In this document: piece after piece, positions 9,652-18,565 of the stretch
Position numbering within the stretch: the stretch's first letter is position 1
Layout of the letters: the number at the start of each line of letters is the position of its first letter
DNA from: Thermoplasmata archaeon
Lineage (GTDB): Archaea; Thermoplasmatota; DTKX01; DATEUP01
Length of the DNA: 64,000 nucleotides
Assembly: GCA_041499475.1 (NCBI GenBank)
Contig: JBGQKI010000001.1
Coordinates: 67,507 to 131,506 of the forward strand
Direction of reading: 5' to 3'
Notes under the pieces: model-generated
What the model saw: the letters and a program-made list of their open reading frames with translations, nothing else
What the model was told of the DNA's origin: nothing
Databases searched by the model: none
Program-made: the position numbers and the translations under genes

Positions 9652-10137
9652 CTACTGCGCACCTGCCCGGAGGGCCGCGTCATACTGGCCTCCACTTATC
9701 AACTTTTGTACCTCGCGCGGGTCCTTGCCGTCGATCGTAACGCCCATCGAAACGCAGGTGCCCGCGACCTCGCGCGCGCGGTCGCGCACGGACTTGCCAA
9801 GCAGGTCGGATTCCTTCATCGCCGCGACCTTCAGCACTTGGTCGAAGGTTAGGTTGCCCACAAACGCGGACTTCGGCTGGCCGGAGCCTTTTTCGATCTT
9901 CGCCTCGGCGATGATGAGCGCCGAGGTTGGAGGTGTCCCGACCGAGACGGTGAATGACTTGTCGGCCTGGATCACGATCTTGATGGGCACTTTCATGCCC
10001 TTGAACGCCGCCGTCTTCTTGTTGATCTCCGTGACGATGTTGATCACGTTCACGCCGAGCGGCCCGAGGGCCGGCCCGAGCGGCTGTCCGGGCGTTGCGG
10101 CCCCGCCCTCAATCATGACTTCTACGGTGTCTACCAT
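9652..10137 (-). CDS. rpl11: 50S ribosomal protein uL11
   Basis: 161 aa; GGAATPGQPLGPALGPLGVNVINIVTEINKKTAAFKGMKVPIKI... is a classical L11 N-terminal motif. Confidence 0.95.
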   Translation of the reverse strand: MVDTVEVMIEGGAATPGQPLGPALGPLGVNVINIVTEINKKTAAFKGMKVPIKIVIQADKSFTVSVGTPPTSALIIAEAKIEKGSGQPKSAFVGNLTFDQVLKVAAMKESDLLGKSVRDRAREVAGTCVSMGVTIDGKDPREVQKLISGGQYDAALRAGAQ

Positions 10138-10164
10138 GTTCGTGCCTCCTCATGCAAGCGCGAG

Positions 10165-10803
10165 CTACCCGGTGTTGCCGGGGCCTTCCTCGCCCTCTTC
10201 CTTTTCGAGCACGCGCACGGCGTCGCCGCGCACGGTAATCGGGATCGAGATCATCGCTTCGATGAGCTCAACCGTGATCTCTTCCTTGCCTTCGTCGATC
10301 TGCGTGACGCGGGCCTTCTCGCCCTTGAACGGCCCCTGCGTGATCTCGACTATGTTGCCCTCAACGATGCCCGAAACCAAGGGCTTGGGCTCGAGGAAGT
10401 GCTCGATCTCTTTGATTGGGATCGCCGACTCGGCCGGGTCATCGGAGCCGCGCCGCCGGACCATCCCGCGCGCGCGCTTTACCCCCTTGATGAGGTCGGC
10501 CAGGCGGTCCGGGTTCACCCCTTCGAGGTAGACGTAGCCGCGCATCGGGGCGGGGCAGAGGATCGAGTACACCTCGACCTTCTCCCGCTTCGCCTTGTAC
10601 GCGATGCCGTCGGCCACGGTCTTCTCGTGGCCGATCGAGGTCTTGACAGCGTAGATCGCCGGCGGGAAAACCGGCTCGGCGTCGTCGTATTCGACCTCCT
10701 TCGCTTTGCCCCTGCCGCGCTTGGGCGCTCTTGCCTGCTCGGCGGGCGCATTGGCCTGCGGTTCTCCGGCCGCGGTTTCGGGTTCCTCTTCGGTTTCGGA
10801 CAT
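10165..10803 (-). CDS. spt5: transcription elongation factor Spt5 (archaeal NusG), NGN+KOW, with N-terminal charged extension
   Basis: NGN core AIYAVKTSIGHEKTVADGI...VEVYSILCPAPMRGYVYLEG...VKRARGMV. KOW motif GNIVEITQGPFKGEKARVTQID. GGTGAT SD-like motif 5 nt upstream of the ATG at 10803. Located between secE and rpl11. Confidence 0.92.
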   Translation of the reverse strand: MSETEEEPETAAGEPQANAPAEQARAPKRGRGKAKEVEYDDAEPVFPPAIYAVKTSIGHEKTVADGIAYKAKREKVEVYSILCPAPMRGYVYLEGVNPDRLADLIKGVKRARGMVRRRGSDDPAESAIPIKEIEHFLEPKPLVSGIVEGNIVEITQGPFKGEKARVTQIDEGKEEITVELIEAMISIPITVRGDAVRVLEKEEGEEGPGNTG

Positions 10804-10830
10804 GGGGTATCACCAATCGCGGCAGCGGCT

Positions 10831-11073
10831 CTACGGGTGCAGCCAGCTTCCGAACCAATTTGTCAGGCCTGCGATTGCGCCTTGCATGAAAAATCCGGTG
10901 AGTCCAAGCACAAGGAGGCCTGCAAAGGCGAGCTTCAAGGTATTCATGTATTCGTCGTGCTCCGGCTTGACAGCGAGCCTAAGGACGCGCATGTACCGCC
11001 CGCGCCTGCGGTTGGAAAGCCATGTGTCGAGGCGGTCTTGGAGCGCCTGCGACCGCTCGAGGATGTCGACCAT
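10831..11073 (-). CDS. secE: preprotein translocase subunit SecE (Sec61 gamma)
   Basis: 80 aa with a single C-terminal TM (LKLAFAGLLVLGLTGFFMQGAIAGL). It has a preceding basic segment and sits in the conserved position upstream of spt5. Confidence 0.85.
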   Translation of the reverse strand: MVDILERSQALQDRLDTWLSNRRRGRYMRVLRLAVKPEHDEYMNTLKLAFAGLLVLGLTGFFMQGAIAGLTNWFGSWLHP

Positions 11074-11199
11074 CGGCCCGTCCCGCGTTTGGTGCCTGGC
11101 CGCATGACCCTCAGGGAGAGGGGGTCATCTGGAACAGATACAAATTCGGCCAAGCCTGCCCCCGGATATAATTGTTGCGGGGGTACGGAGGCGCAGACC

Positions 11200-11219
11200 G
11201 CGAGCGCTTGCCCGCTCGC
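11200..11219 (-). terminator. perfect 7-bp GC hairpin abutting the ftsZ-1 stop codon
   Basis: GCGAGCG-cttgcc-CGCTCGC at 11200-11219, overlapping the TAG stop by one nt. No T-run follows, so a terminator function is tentative. Confidence 0.35.
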
Positions 11220-12325
11220 TACCGGATGAACTCCATGCCCATCTCGGTGCGCCCGCGCCGCGCGGCCTCTTCCTTGCCAAGGATCTGCTTCGACTTGACA
11301 CCGGTCACCACGAGCATGACGCGGATCTTGCCTTCGAGCGACGGGTCGACGGCCGCGCCCCAGATGATGCGGGCCGTCGGCGAAATGCGGTCGTGGACCA
11401 TCTGCACGACGTCCTGGGCCTCGGTGATCGTCATGTCCGGGCCCCCGACCACGTTCACGAGCGCGCCGGTGGCTTCCGAGATGTCCAGGTCGATGAGCGG
11501 CGAGTTGATCGCTTCCTCGATCGCTTCCTTGGCACGCTCGTCGCCGTCGCTCTCTCCAAGGCCGATCATCGCGACCCCGCCACTCTTCATGATTGTCTTG
11601 ATGTCGTTGAAGTCGAGGTTCACGAGGCCGGGCTTGGTGATCGTCTCCGTGATGCCCTTGATCGCGCGCACGAGGATCTCGTCGGCGACCTTGAACGCCG
11701 CGTTGAGGGAGAGGCGCGGCACGAGTTCGAGGAGCTTGTCGTTGGGGATCACGATGACCGTGTCGGCGGTGTAGCGTAGCTGCTCGAGCCCGTACTCCGC
11801 GTTTTCCATGCGCACGGCGCCTTCCGAACGGAAGGGGAGCGTGACGACCGCGATGGTGAGGGCGCCCTGGTCCTTGGCGGCCTTGGCGAGCACCGAGATC
11901 GACCCGGTGCCCGTGCCGCCGCCCATCCCGCAAGTGAGGAACACCATGTCGGCGCCGCCCAGGCGCCGCTTGAGCTCGTCCTCGACTTCGCGGGCCGCTT
12001 CCTCGCCGACCTGGGGCTGGGCCCCGGCGCCGAGGCCGCGCGTGAGCCTGCGGCCGAGCAGGATCTTGTTGGGGGCGTGGATGGTAAGGAGGTGCTGGGC
12101 ATCGGTATTGGCAGCGTAGAGCTCTGCGCCGACGATGCCGGCCTCGACCATCCGGTTGATGGTGTTGCAGCCGCCGCCGCCGCAGCCGACGATCTTGATG
12201 TTGGTGCGCAGGCCCTCGAGCACTTTTTCGAGTTCCGCGTCGTCGGCGCGCGTGTCGAGCCCTTGGGGGGTCTGGAAGGCGTCCGGCGAAGATTTGTCCT
12301 GCAGTTCCTTGACGATCGATTTCAC
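11219..12325 (-). CDS. ftsZ: cell division GTPase FtsZ (copy 1, adjacent to secE)
   Basis: [13 protein letters not shown], tubulin signature [28 protein letters not shown]. The start was chosen at GTG 12325 (MKSIVKELQ) by homology with copy 2; GTG 12334 is an alternative. The 474-aa track ORF overlaps ftsZ-2 and was rejected. Confidence 0.9.
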   Translation of the reverse strand: MKSIVKELQDKSSPDAFQTPQGLDTRADDAELEKVLEGLRTNIKIVGCGGGGCNTINRMVEAGIVGAELYAANTDAQHLLTIHAPNKILLGRRLTRGLGAGAQPQVGEEAAREVEDELKRRLGGADMVFLTCGMGGGTGTGSISVLAKAAKDQGALTIAVVTLPFRSEGAVRMENAEYGLEQLRYTADTVIVIPNDKLLELVPRLSLNAAFKVADEILVRAIKGITETITKPGLVNLDFNDIKTIMKSGGVAMIGLGESDGDERAKEAIEEAINSPLIDLDISEATGALVNVVGGPDMTITEAQDVVQMVHDRISPTARIIWGAAVDPSLEGKIRVMLVVTGVKSKQILGKEEAARRGRTEMGMEFIR

Positions 12326-12370
12326 GACAACCACATCCCACTTCTGTCTCGGGCCATCGAGGGGCGCGGC

Positions 12371-12378
12371 TAAAATAG
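12371..12378 (-). promoter_or_regulatory. TATA-box candidate for ftsZ-1
   Basis: The minus strand reads CTATTTTA, about 45 nt upstream of the chosen start. It is the only AT-rich octamer in the 128-nt intergenic region. Confidence 0.45.
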
Positions 12379-12406
12379 TTGACGGTGGAGCGTCGGCGCT
12401 GCAACT

Positions 12407-12440
12407 CGCGCGCGCGCATGCGCACGTGCGCGTGCGCGCG
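12407..12440. repeat. 34-nt perfect alternating pyrimidine-purine tract (Z-DNA-prone, nested palindromes)
   Basis: cgcgcgcgcgcatgcgcacgtgcgcgtgcgcgcg, containing the palindromes gcgcatgcgc and gcgcacgtgcgc. It lies between the ftsZ-2 stop and the ftsZ-1 TATA candidate. Confidence 0.7.
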
Positions 12441-12453
12441 ACCAGCGTTGCCG

Positions 12454-13617
12454 CTAGTGGCGCAGGAAGTCGATGCCCATTCCGGCCTTTGCAGCGGCCG
12501 GGATGGGTTTGGTCGGGGCCGCCTGCGTCTTCTCCGGCTTTGCGCCGGCAACAACAGGCTTGCTGTCGCGCGGCGTGACGCCGGTCAAAACGACCATGAC
12601 CTGCATCGTGTTCTGGAGCGAGGGGACCACCGAGGCGCCCCAAATGATGCGCGCTTGCGGGTGGACGTGCCTGCCGATTTCGGAGACGACGCTCTCGGCT
12701 TCCTGGATGGTCATGTCCTCGCCGCCGCGCACATCGACGAGCGCGCCGTGCGCGGTCGAGATGTCGACATCGATCAGCGGCGAGTTGAGGGCGCCCTGGA
12801 CGGCTTCCTTTGCCTTCTCGCGCGGGTCGCTCGACTCGCCGATGCCCACCATCGCCATCCCGCCGTTCTGCATGATCGTCTTGAGGTCGTTGAAGTCGAG
12901 GTTGACAAGGCCCGGCGTGGTGATCATTTCGGTGATCCCGCGGATCGCGCGCATCAGCACCTCGTCGGCCACCTTGAATGCCATGTCGAGCGGGAGCTTG
13001 GGCGCGATCTCCAGGAGTTTGTCGTTGGGGATCACGATGACCGTGTCGGCCACGCGCTTGAGCGCGTCGAGCCCGTACTGGGCGTTTTGCATCCGTGTGT
13101 GGCCCTCTGCGGAGAACGGGAGTGTGACGACCCCGATGGTGAGGGCGCCAGCGTCCTTGCAGATCTTCGCGACGAAGGGGGCCGAGCCCGTGCCCGTGCC
13201 GCCGCCCATGCCGCAGGTGACGAACGCGATGTCCGCGCCGCTCACGTGCCGCTTGATGTCGTCCTCGGCTTCTTTGGCTGCCTCCTCGCCGACCTGGGGG
13301 AGGGCGCCGGCGCCAAGGCCGCGTGTGAGCCGCTTGCCAAGCAAGATCTTGTGGGGCGAGTTCACGTGGAGCAGGTGCGAGGCGTCGGTGTTGAGCGCGA
13401 AGAGGTCGGCTCCGTGGATGCCCGATTCAACGAGGCGGTTGATCGTGTTGGACCCGCCGCCGCCGCAGCCGAAAATGCGAACATCGACGCGGAGCCCTTC
13501 GAGCATCTGCTCGAGTTCGGCGTCCTCTTGGCTGCCTGTGGCGCTGGCTGGCGCGCCCTGGGTGAGCTTGTTGTTCTCGTCGACCTGGCGAAGCGTGTCC
13601 GCGATGAATGATTTCAC
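12454..13617 (-). CDS. ftsZ: cell division GTPase FtsZ (copy 2, tandem paralog)
   Basis: [36 protein letters not shown]. The start was chosen at GTG 13617 ([11 protein letters not shown]). The TATA candidate at 13659-13666 would place the transcription start downstream of the track start at 13644. Confidence 0.9.
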   Translation of the reverse strand: MKSFIADTLRQVDENNKLTQGAPASATGSQEDAELEQMLEGLRVDVRIFGCGGGGSNTINRLVESGIHGADLFALNTDASHLLHVNSPHKILLGKRLTRGLGAGALPQVGEEAAKEAEDDIKRHVSGADIAFVTCGMGGGTGTGSAPFVAKICKDAGALTIGVVTLPFSAEGHTRMQNAQYGLDALKRVADTVIVIPNDKLLEIAPKLPLDMAFKVADEVLMRAIRGITEMITTPGLVNLDFNDLKTIMQNGGMAMVGIGESSDPREKAKEAVQGALNSPLIDVDISTAHGALVDVRGGEDMTIQEAESVVSEIGRHVHPQARIIWGASVVPSLQNTMQVMVVLTGVTPRDSKPVVAGAKPEKTQAAPTKPIPAAAKAGMGIDFLRH

Positions 13618-13658
13618 CGTAATCCCCCTTCTGCTGGCGCGCACAGGGACGGTCGCGG

Positions 13659-13666
13659 TATAAAAG
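13659..13666 (-). promoter_or_regulatory. TATA-box candidate for ftsZ-2
   Basis: The minus strand reads CTTTTATACCGCG. The same TTTTATACC(G/C) context occurs upstream of sepF (23225) and radA (45574). Confidence 0.5.
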
Positions 13667-13719
13667 AGTACTCAGGTGCAGGAATCCGCGCGAAGTCGCG
13701 GTGAAATGCGCGGCGCTTT

Positions 13720-13741
13720 CGCGCGCGTGCGCGCGCGCGCG
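13720..13741. repeat. 22-nt alternating pyrimidine-purine tract upstream of ftsZ-2
   Basis: cgcgcgcgtgcgcgcgcgcgcg, about 55-80 nt upstream of the ftsZ-2 TATA candidate, in the divergent intergenic region. Confidence 0.6.
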
Positions 13742-13858
13742 TTGAAGTTCGCAAGGGCCCCGGGCCGGGCCGTCGGCGGGCGCTTGCGGCGCGCGCTTCT
13801 TGAGAATCGGGGGCCGGCAAACGAGGCAGGATAGGCGTCGGTAGGCGGGTGGCTACCC

Positions 13859-13866
13859 TTAAATAG
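13859..13866 (+). promoter_or_regulatory. TATA-box candidate (TTAAATAG) for the giant zinc-ribbon surface protein
   Basis: CCTTAAATAGA. The identical 8-mer recurs at 22746-22753(-), 32849-32856 and 32915-32922. Confidence 0.45.
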
Positions 13867-13986
13867 ACCCCCCCAAATCCGAACGACGCGCCTCCGAAAA
13901 CTGGATGAGTGATTTTCGCACCGCCAGTCGGAAGTCATTGCCTTAGAGGCAAGAATCGGTGGAGGGCGCTTGGGAACGGTCACCAG

Positions 13987-16900
13987 ATGGGCCCTCGAGG
14001 AGACGCGCAAGCCAGGCAGTTCCGCTTGAAGAGCCCGGGGCTCTTTGCCTTAGTCACCGCGGCCCTGCTGCTGCCGGTCCCCTCGGCTCCAGCGGGCGCT
14101 TTGCCCGTTCCGCTCGCGGTCCCGGGGGTCAGCCTGTCGGTCGCCTCGAGCGGGTTCGCCTTCTCTAGCGCCTACGTGGAGGCCGGCGACCTGGTCTGGG
14201 TCAATGTCACGGTCGCCAACGGGGGCCTCACCGCGGCGAACGCCTCGGTCGAAATGCTCGTTGGTGACGGCCCGCCGGTGGTTTTCGCCTCGCTTGCCGT
14301 AAATGTCGGGGGCGGCAGCACGGCGGTGGCCTCGGCGCGGCTCGACACCTCGGGGCTCGTGGGGATCGAAACGGTGACGCTGCGCATCATCGACTCTTCG
14401 CCCGGCGAGTCCGGGCCGCTCACGGACAATGAAGCGTCGGCGCCCCTGCGCGTCCACCACGCGATCGTCGACCAAGTGTGGCAGGGCAACCAAGTCGGCT
14501 CGATCAACACGACCTACCCGTTCACCGGCTTCGTCACCGTTCGCGACAACGCCTCGCTCACGATCGGGCCCGCGGGCCTCCTCATTTTCGAACAGCTCCG
14601 CAACGACCAGTTCGACATCCTCGTGGAAGGCAACGGCCTCCTGCGCGTCACCGGCGGCGAAGTCTTTTCGAACTTCTCGCTCTCCGTCGAGCTGCAAGGC
14701 GCCGGGAGCCTGGTGGTCGAGCGGGGGGCGCTGTTCAACGCGTCGGTGCGTTCCACTTCGACGGGGGCGGTCGTCGTCGACGGGGCCGCGGTGAACGCCG
14801 CGTCCTTCGACCTTGAAGGTGGAAGCCTTGCGCTCACCGGCGCGCAGCTCAACGCCGGGCGCGTCGCGCTTGGAGATGCGGCGGTCACGGTCGCGGGCTC
14901 GGCCGTGGCATCGATGGAGCCCGTGGCCCTTGGCGGCGCCTCGGGCGCGGCCTTCCGCGACAGCACCTTGCGCGTCGAGTCCCATTTCGACAACGCGCCT
15001 TCCGCCGAGGCCGTGTTCCCGGGTATCACCGGCGCCCTCTCGCAAGGCCAGGGCCCCTTCCAGCCGGCGGTGGCCCTCTCCGGGACCGCGACCGCGGAAT
15101 TCCGCGGCACCTCTGCGGTGTCGTTGGTTTGGGTGGGCGCTGTCTCCGTCTCCTCCACGACCCCGCTCCTTGCGGGCGGCGCCTCGAGCGGCACGCTCTA
15201 CCGGACCGCGCGCGTGCTGGTCACCGACCCCACCGGCGCTCCCGTCCCCAACGCGAGCGTCGAGGTGCGCCACCGGATCAACTCCACGCTTGTGGCAAGC
15301 GCCCTGGCGGCGAACGGTTCGGTCGACATCGAACTGCCTTCCACCGTGCTGCTCTCCGGCGCCGCGCTGATGGTCGGCCAATACAAGGTGACCGCCTGGC
15401 GCGCCAGCACGACCTCCGACGAGGTGCCGTTCAATTTCCCGCTCTATCCCGAACTTAGCCCGGCCTCGCTCGTGCAGGTAGTGCCGGTTGCGCTTGCCCT
15501 CAAACTCCCTGGCGGCCTCTACGGCGAGCCTCCGCTGCTCATCAATGTCACGCCGACCGTTGTCAGCGACTTGGTGCTCAACCGCAGCGTGGAAATCAGC
15601 GTGCCGCTGCTGCTCGGCGGCCACAACCTTACCCTCCTCCAATCGCGGCCCTTCGAGCGCTACATCCTCCTTACCGACAACGGCACGCTCGGGGCGCAGG
15701 GCGCCCTCATCCGCTCAGACTACCCCTTCAACCTGTACCTCATCAACGGAAGCCGCCTGCACCTGGAGAACAGCGCCGTCCTTGGCGGGAACCTCCTGCT
15801 CACAAGCGCGGGAGACCTCACGCTCACCAACTCGCGCATCGTGGGCTCGGTGATCGGCGACGCGGCTCGGCTCGACTGCACCGGGTCGTTCGTATGGTCG
15901 CGCCTCTTCGACCTCCAGGTCGGCTCGGTTGCGGCGACCGACTGCGTCTTCGCGGGCTCGCAGCTTGTGGCGCTGCGGTCAACCGGCCTGGCACAACTTT
16001 CCTCGGTTGGGCTGGGCACCACCTACGAGCCGATCGACGCCGCCAACCGCAGTTCGCTCTCCGCTTCCGAGTACGACGCGGCCGCGCAGGGCGGGGTCGG
16101 GGCCTCCGGGGCGCCCTCCGTACGCCTCTCTGCCGCGGGCCTTGACCTTGGCCCCGCAACGGTGTGGACCTCGCGGACTTTTGCCCTCGAGCTCGGCCCC
16201 GACAACTCGACGCTGGCCGGGCCCCGGATCTTGGCGGGCGCGGTCACCTTCAGCCTCACCGCCGCGAACGTAACCGTCGACCACGGCACGTTCGACCCCA
16301 GCGCCGCCTTGTCGTTCACCGGCACGGGCCAAGCGGTGCTGCGCGGGGACGACTCGGCGCCTCCAACGGCCGCGCCGGGCGTTACGCTGGACATCTTCGA
16401 GCCCGTGACGGTGCGCGTGCTTGACGCCCTTGGGCTGCCCGCGGCGGGCGCGGCGGTCGTCGCCGTCCCCCAGGCGGCCGGCGGGCGGACCGAGACGGCG
16501 ACAAGCGGGCCGCAGGGCGCGGCGGAAGTCCTGTTGCTTGTTTCCCACACGGAGGGCGGGGCGACCACGCCCGGCCCCCTGTACCGCATCAACGCGACGC
16601 GCGCGGGCTCGTCCTCGGCAACGATCACGTGGGACGCCACGCAGGCGGACTCGTTTGCGCTCACGCTCGGCGAAATCTTCGGTCAAGCGAGCGCCCAGGG
16701 CAGCTTCGCTCTGGTCACCCGGTTGGCCTCCGGGGTGTGGCGCCTGCTCGCCACCAACCTGCCGAACGCTTCGCTCGCGGTGTTCCTTACCTCGTTTGGC
16801 GCAGCGCTCGGCCCGCTGAACTTCACCGCGCCCGTGTTCCCGGGCGAGGATGCGACGGTCTATGTTGCCGCAGACTACGACTTCGAAGCGGGGGGCGAAC

Positions 16901-18555
16901 ACGCTTCCCTGCCCATCGCGGGCGAGGCCGGCACGGTGCGGATGGCGGGCGCGGTCGTGGGCTCGTTCGTGCAGGGCCCCGACGGCCTGGGCACCGCAAG
17001 CTTCAGCTTGCCTGCGAACCCCGGCCTCTTTGATGTGCTTGTCTCGGTCGGGGCCTCGCGCCTGCCCGGCCCGCTGGACATGAGCGGGTCCTTTTCGCTC
17101 ACGCCGCGCGCAAAACTCGTGATCCTCGCCTCGGTGGCCAAGCGGACATTCAAGCCCGCAGAGCAGGTCTCGCTGGTCGGCGTGGTCAAGGACGACGCCG
17201 GCCGGCCGATCGCCGGTGCCACCGTGACGCTCGAGACCTCGTCGGGTGCCGCGCCGCGGACGAACCGGACGAACGTGGACGGCAGCTTCCTGTTCCGCCT
17301 CCTTGCGCCCACGGTGGTGGGCAACTACGACCTGAGGCTCACCGCTTCCTTTGCCGGATCGGTCGATTCTGATACGGTGGCGTTCCCCTATGAGGTGAGC
17401 ACGCAGGTCGTGGCGCCGCCCAGTTCCCACGGCCCCACGATCAACCTCTTCGCGCTCCTGCTCGCCATCGTAATCGCCCTCGGCGGCGGTCTCGGGCTCG
17501 TGTATGCCTGGACTCAGTGGCGCGTGGGCCGCGGCGAGTTCGTCGTCTGCGGCCGCTGCGAGAAGCCCACCCTTGCCACCGACCGCAAGTGCCGCAATTG
17601 CGGGGTCGAGTTTGAGGTGACGGTCGCCAAGTGCAGCAAATGCGGGTCCTGGATCCAGCCCGACGCAAGCCAGTGCCCGCAGTGCAAGACGAAGTTCTCG
17701 ACCTCGGTCGTGCGTGAGGAGCGCGAGCAAGGGCCGACGATCCCCGAGCCCTCTGCGGGGGTTCCGGCCGGCTTCGACATCCCGGAGTCGATCCCGCTCA
17801 CCGCAAGGCGCGCCGACGGGGGGCGCCTGGAGGACATGGAGTTCCGCCTGCCCGGCACCACCGACACGCTCGACCTGGGCGAGAAGGGCAGCGCGCCGAC
17901 CTTCGGGGCGGCGGGCCCTTCCGCCGCGACGCGCGCGCCGCCGTCGAGGCCATCGGCCGACCGGCCGCTCGAACGCATGGAGCTCCCGCGCCACGAAGAG
18001 GCCGACTCGCCGGTGCGCGAAGTGTCGGCCCTCGAGGGCGGCGAGCCGACGAGGAGGGAGCCGGTCTCGCTCGGGACCGCGAACCTCGACTTGTCGCGTA
18101 CGACTGCGGCGGCGACCTCGACCAAGCCTGACCCCACCCCGGACGAAGAGATCCCGGAGGACGTGCTGCGCGAGCTGCTCATGAAGGCCGCGCCCGAGCT
18201 TGGCGGCGACGTGCTGCCGGGCGAAATCCGCAAGGAGCTGCAGGAGATTGCAAGGAGCGAAGCTCCCGTAGCAAGCGAGAAGCGGGCCGCCTCGTCGCCG
18301 AAGAGCGAACGCCCCGCGGGCGGGCTTTCGCCTGAGGAGCGGCCGGCCGAAGCGCCCGAGAAGTCGCGCAAGACGGCCTTCGATGTGTTCTCCAAGCCCG
18401 CGAAGAACATCCCGGTGGGGTACGAGAAGAAGGGCGCCCCCCCGGGGAAGGACGCGGGTGCGAAGGCCGCGCCGGTCTGCCCCAACTGCGGCGGCAACTG
18501 GGTGGTCCAGCGCGACGGCAAGAACTCGTGCCGCGTCTGCGGAACACGCTGGTAA
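13987..18555 (+). CDS. giant (about 1522 aa) surface protein: signal peptide, large extracellular region, one TM, cytoplasmic tail with three zinc ribbons
   Basis: The ATG at 13987 gives MGPRGDAQARQFRLKSPGLFALVTAALLLPVPSAPAGA (signal-like). TM helix INLFALLLAIVIALGGGLGLVYAW. It is followed by CGRCEKP..CRNCG and CSKCG..CPQCK (double zinc ribbon). After a disordered tail the protein ends CPNCGGNWVVQRDGKNSCRVCGTRW. The track start at 13909 is an alternative. Confidence 0.8.
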   Translation: MGPRGDAQARQFRLKSPGLFALVTAALLLPVPSAPAGALPVPLAVPGVSLSVASSGFAFSSAYVEAGDLVWVNVTVANGGLTAANASVEMLVGDGPPVVFASLAVNVGGGSTAVASARLDTSGLVGIETVTLRIIDSSPGESGPLTDNEASAPLRVHHAIVDQVWQGNQVGSINTTYPFTGFVTVRDNASLTIGPAGLLIFEQLRNDQFDILVEGNGLLRVTGGEVFSNFSLSVELQGAGSLVVERGALFNASVRSTSTGAVVVDGAAVNAASFDLEGGSLALTGAQLNAGRVALGDAAVTVAGSAVASMEPVALGGASGAAFRDSTLRVESHFDNAPSAEAVFPGITGALSQGQGPFQPAVALSGTATAEFRGTSAVSLVWVGAVSVSSTTPLLAGGASSGTLYRTARVLVTDPTGAPVPNASVEVRHRINSTLVASALAANGSVDIELPSTVLLSGAALMVGQYKVTAWRASTTSDEVPFNFPLYPELSPASLVQVVPVALALKLPGGLYGEPPLLINVTPTVVSDLVLNRSVEISVPLLLGGHNLTLLQSRPFERYILLTDNGTLGAQGALIRSDYPFNLYLINGSRLHLENSAVLGGNLLLTSAGDLTLTNSRIVGSVIGDAARLDCTGSFVWSRLFDLQVGSVAATDCVFAGSQLVALRSTGLAQLSSVGLGTTYEPIDAANRSSLSASEYDAAAQGGVGASGAPSVRLSAAGLDLGPATVWTSRTFALELGPDNSTLAGPRILAGAVTFSLTAANVTVDHGTFDPSAALSFTGTGQAVLRGDDSAPPTAAPGVTLDIFEPVTVRVLDALGLPAAGAAVVAVPQAAGGRTETATSGPQGAAEVLLLVSHTEGGATTPGPLYRINATRAGSSSATITWDATQADSFALTLGEIFGQASAQGSFALVTRLASGVWRLLATNLPNASLAVFLTSFGAALGPLNFTAPVFPGEDATVYVAADYDFEAGGEHASLPIAGEAGTVRMAGAVVGSFVQGPDGLGTASFSLPANPGLFDVLVSVGASRLPGPLDMSGSFSLTPRAKLVILASVAKRTFKPAEQVSLVGVVKDDAGRPIAGATVTLETSSGAAPRTNRTNVDGSFLFRLLAPTVVGNYDLRLTASFAGSVDSDTVAFPYEVSTQVVAPPSSHGPTINLFALLLAIVIALGGGLGLVYAWTQWRVGRGEFVVCGRCEKPTLATDRKCRNCGVEFEVTVAKCSKCGSWIQPDASQCPQCKTKFSTSVVREEREQGPTIPEPSAGVPAGFDIPESIPLTARRADGGRLEDMEFRLPGTTDTLDLGEKGSAPTFGAAGPSAATRAPPSRPSADRPLERMELPRHEEADSPVREVSALEGGEPTRREPVSLGTANLDLSRTTAAATSTKPDPTPDEEIPEDVLRELLMKAAPELGGDVLPGEIRKELQEIARSEAPVASEKRAASSPKSERPAGGLSPEERPAEAPEKSRKTAFDVFSKPAKNIPVGYEKKGAPPGKDAGAKAAPVCPNCGGNWVVQRDGKNSCRVCGTRW

Positions 18556-18565
18556 GTGGGCGCGT

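Noticed and set aside
10944-12554. 536-aa minus-strand ORF overlapping secE and ftsZ-1
   Set aside because: It is off-frame to two recognisable genes, and its extreme Arg/Pro/Gly composition marks it as an artefact.
12326-12643. N-terminal 106-codon extension of the ftsZ-1 track ORF (474-aa form)
   Set aside because: It would overlap the 3' end of ftsZ-2 and run through the intergenic TATA candidate and the alternating CG tract. Homology between the two FtsZ proteins begins only at MKS(I/F).
14050-17994. 530-aa and 671-aa minus-strand ORFs inside the giant zinc-ribbon surface-protein gene
   Set aside because: Arg/Gly/Asp-rich shadow frames. The plus-strand frame has a signal peptide, TM and zinc ribbons and runs uninterrupted.
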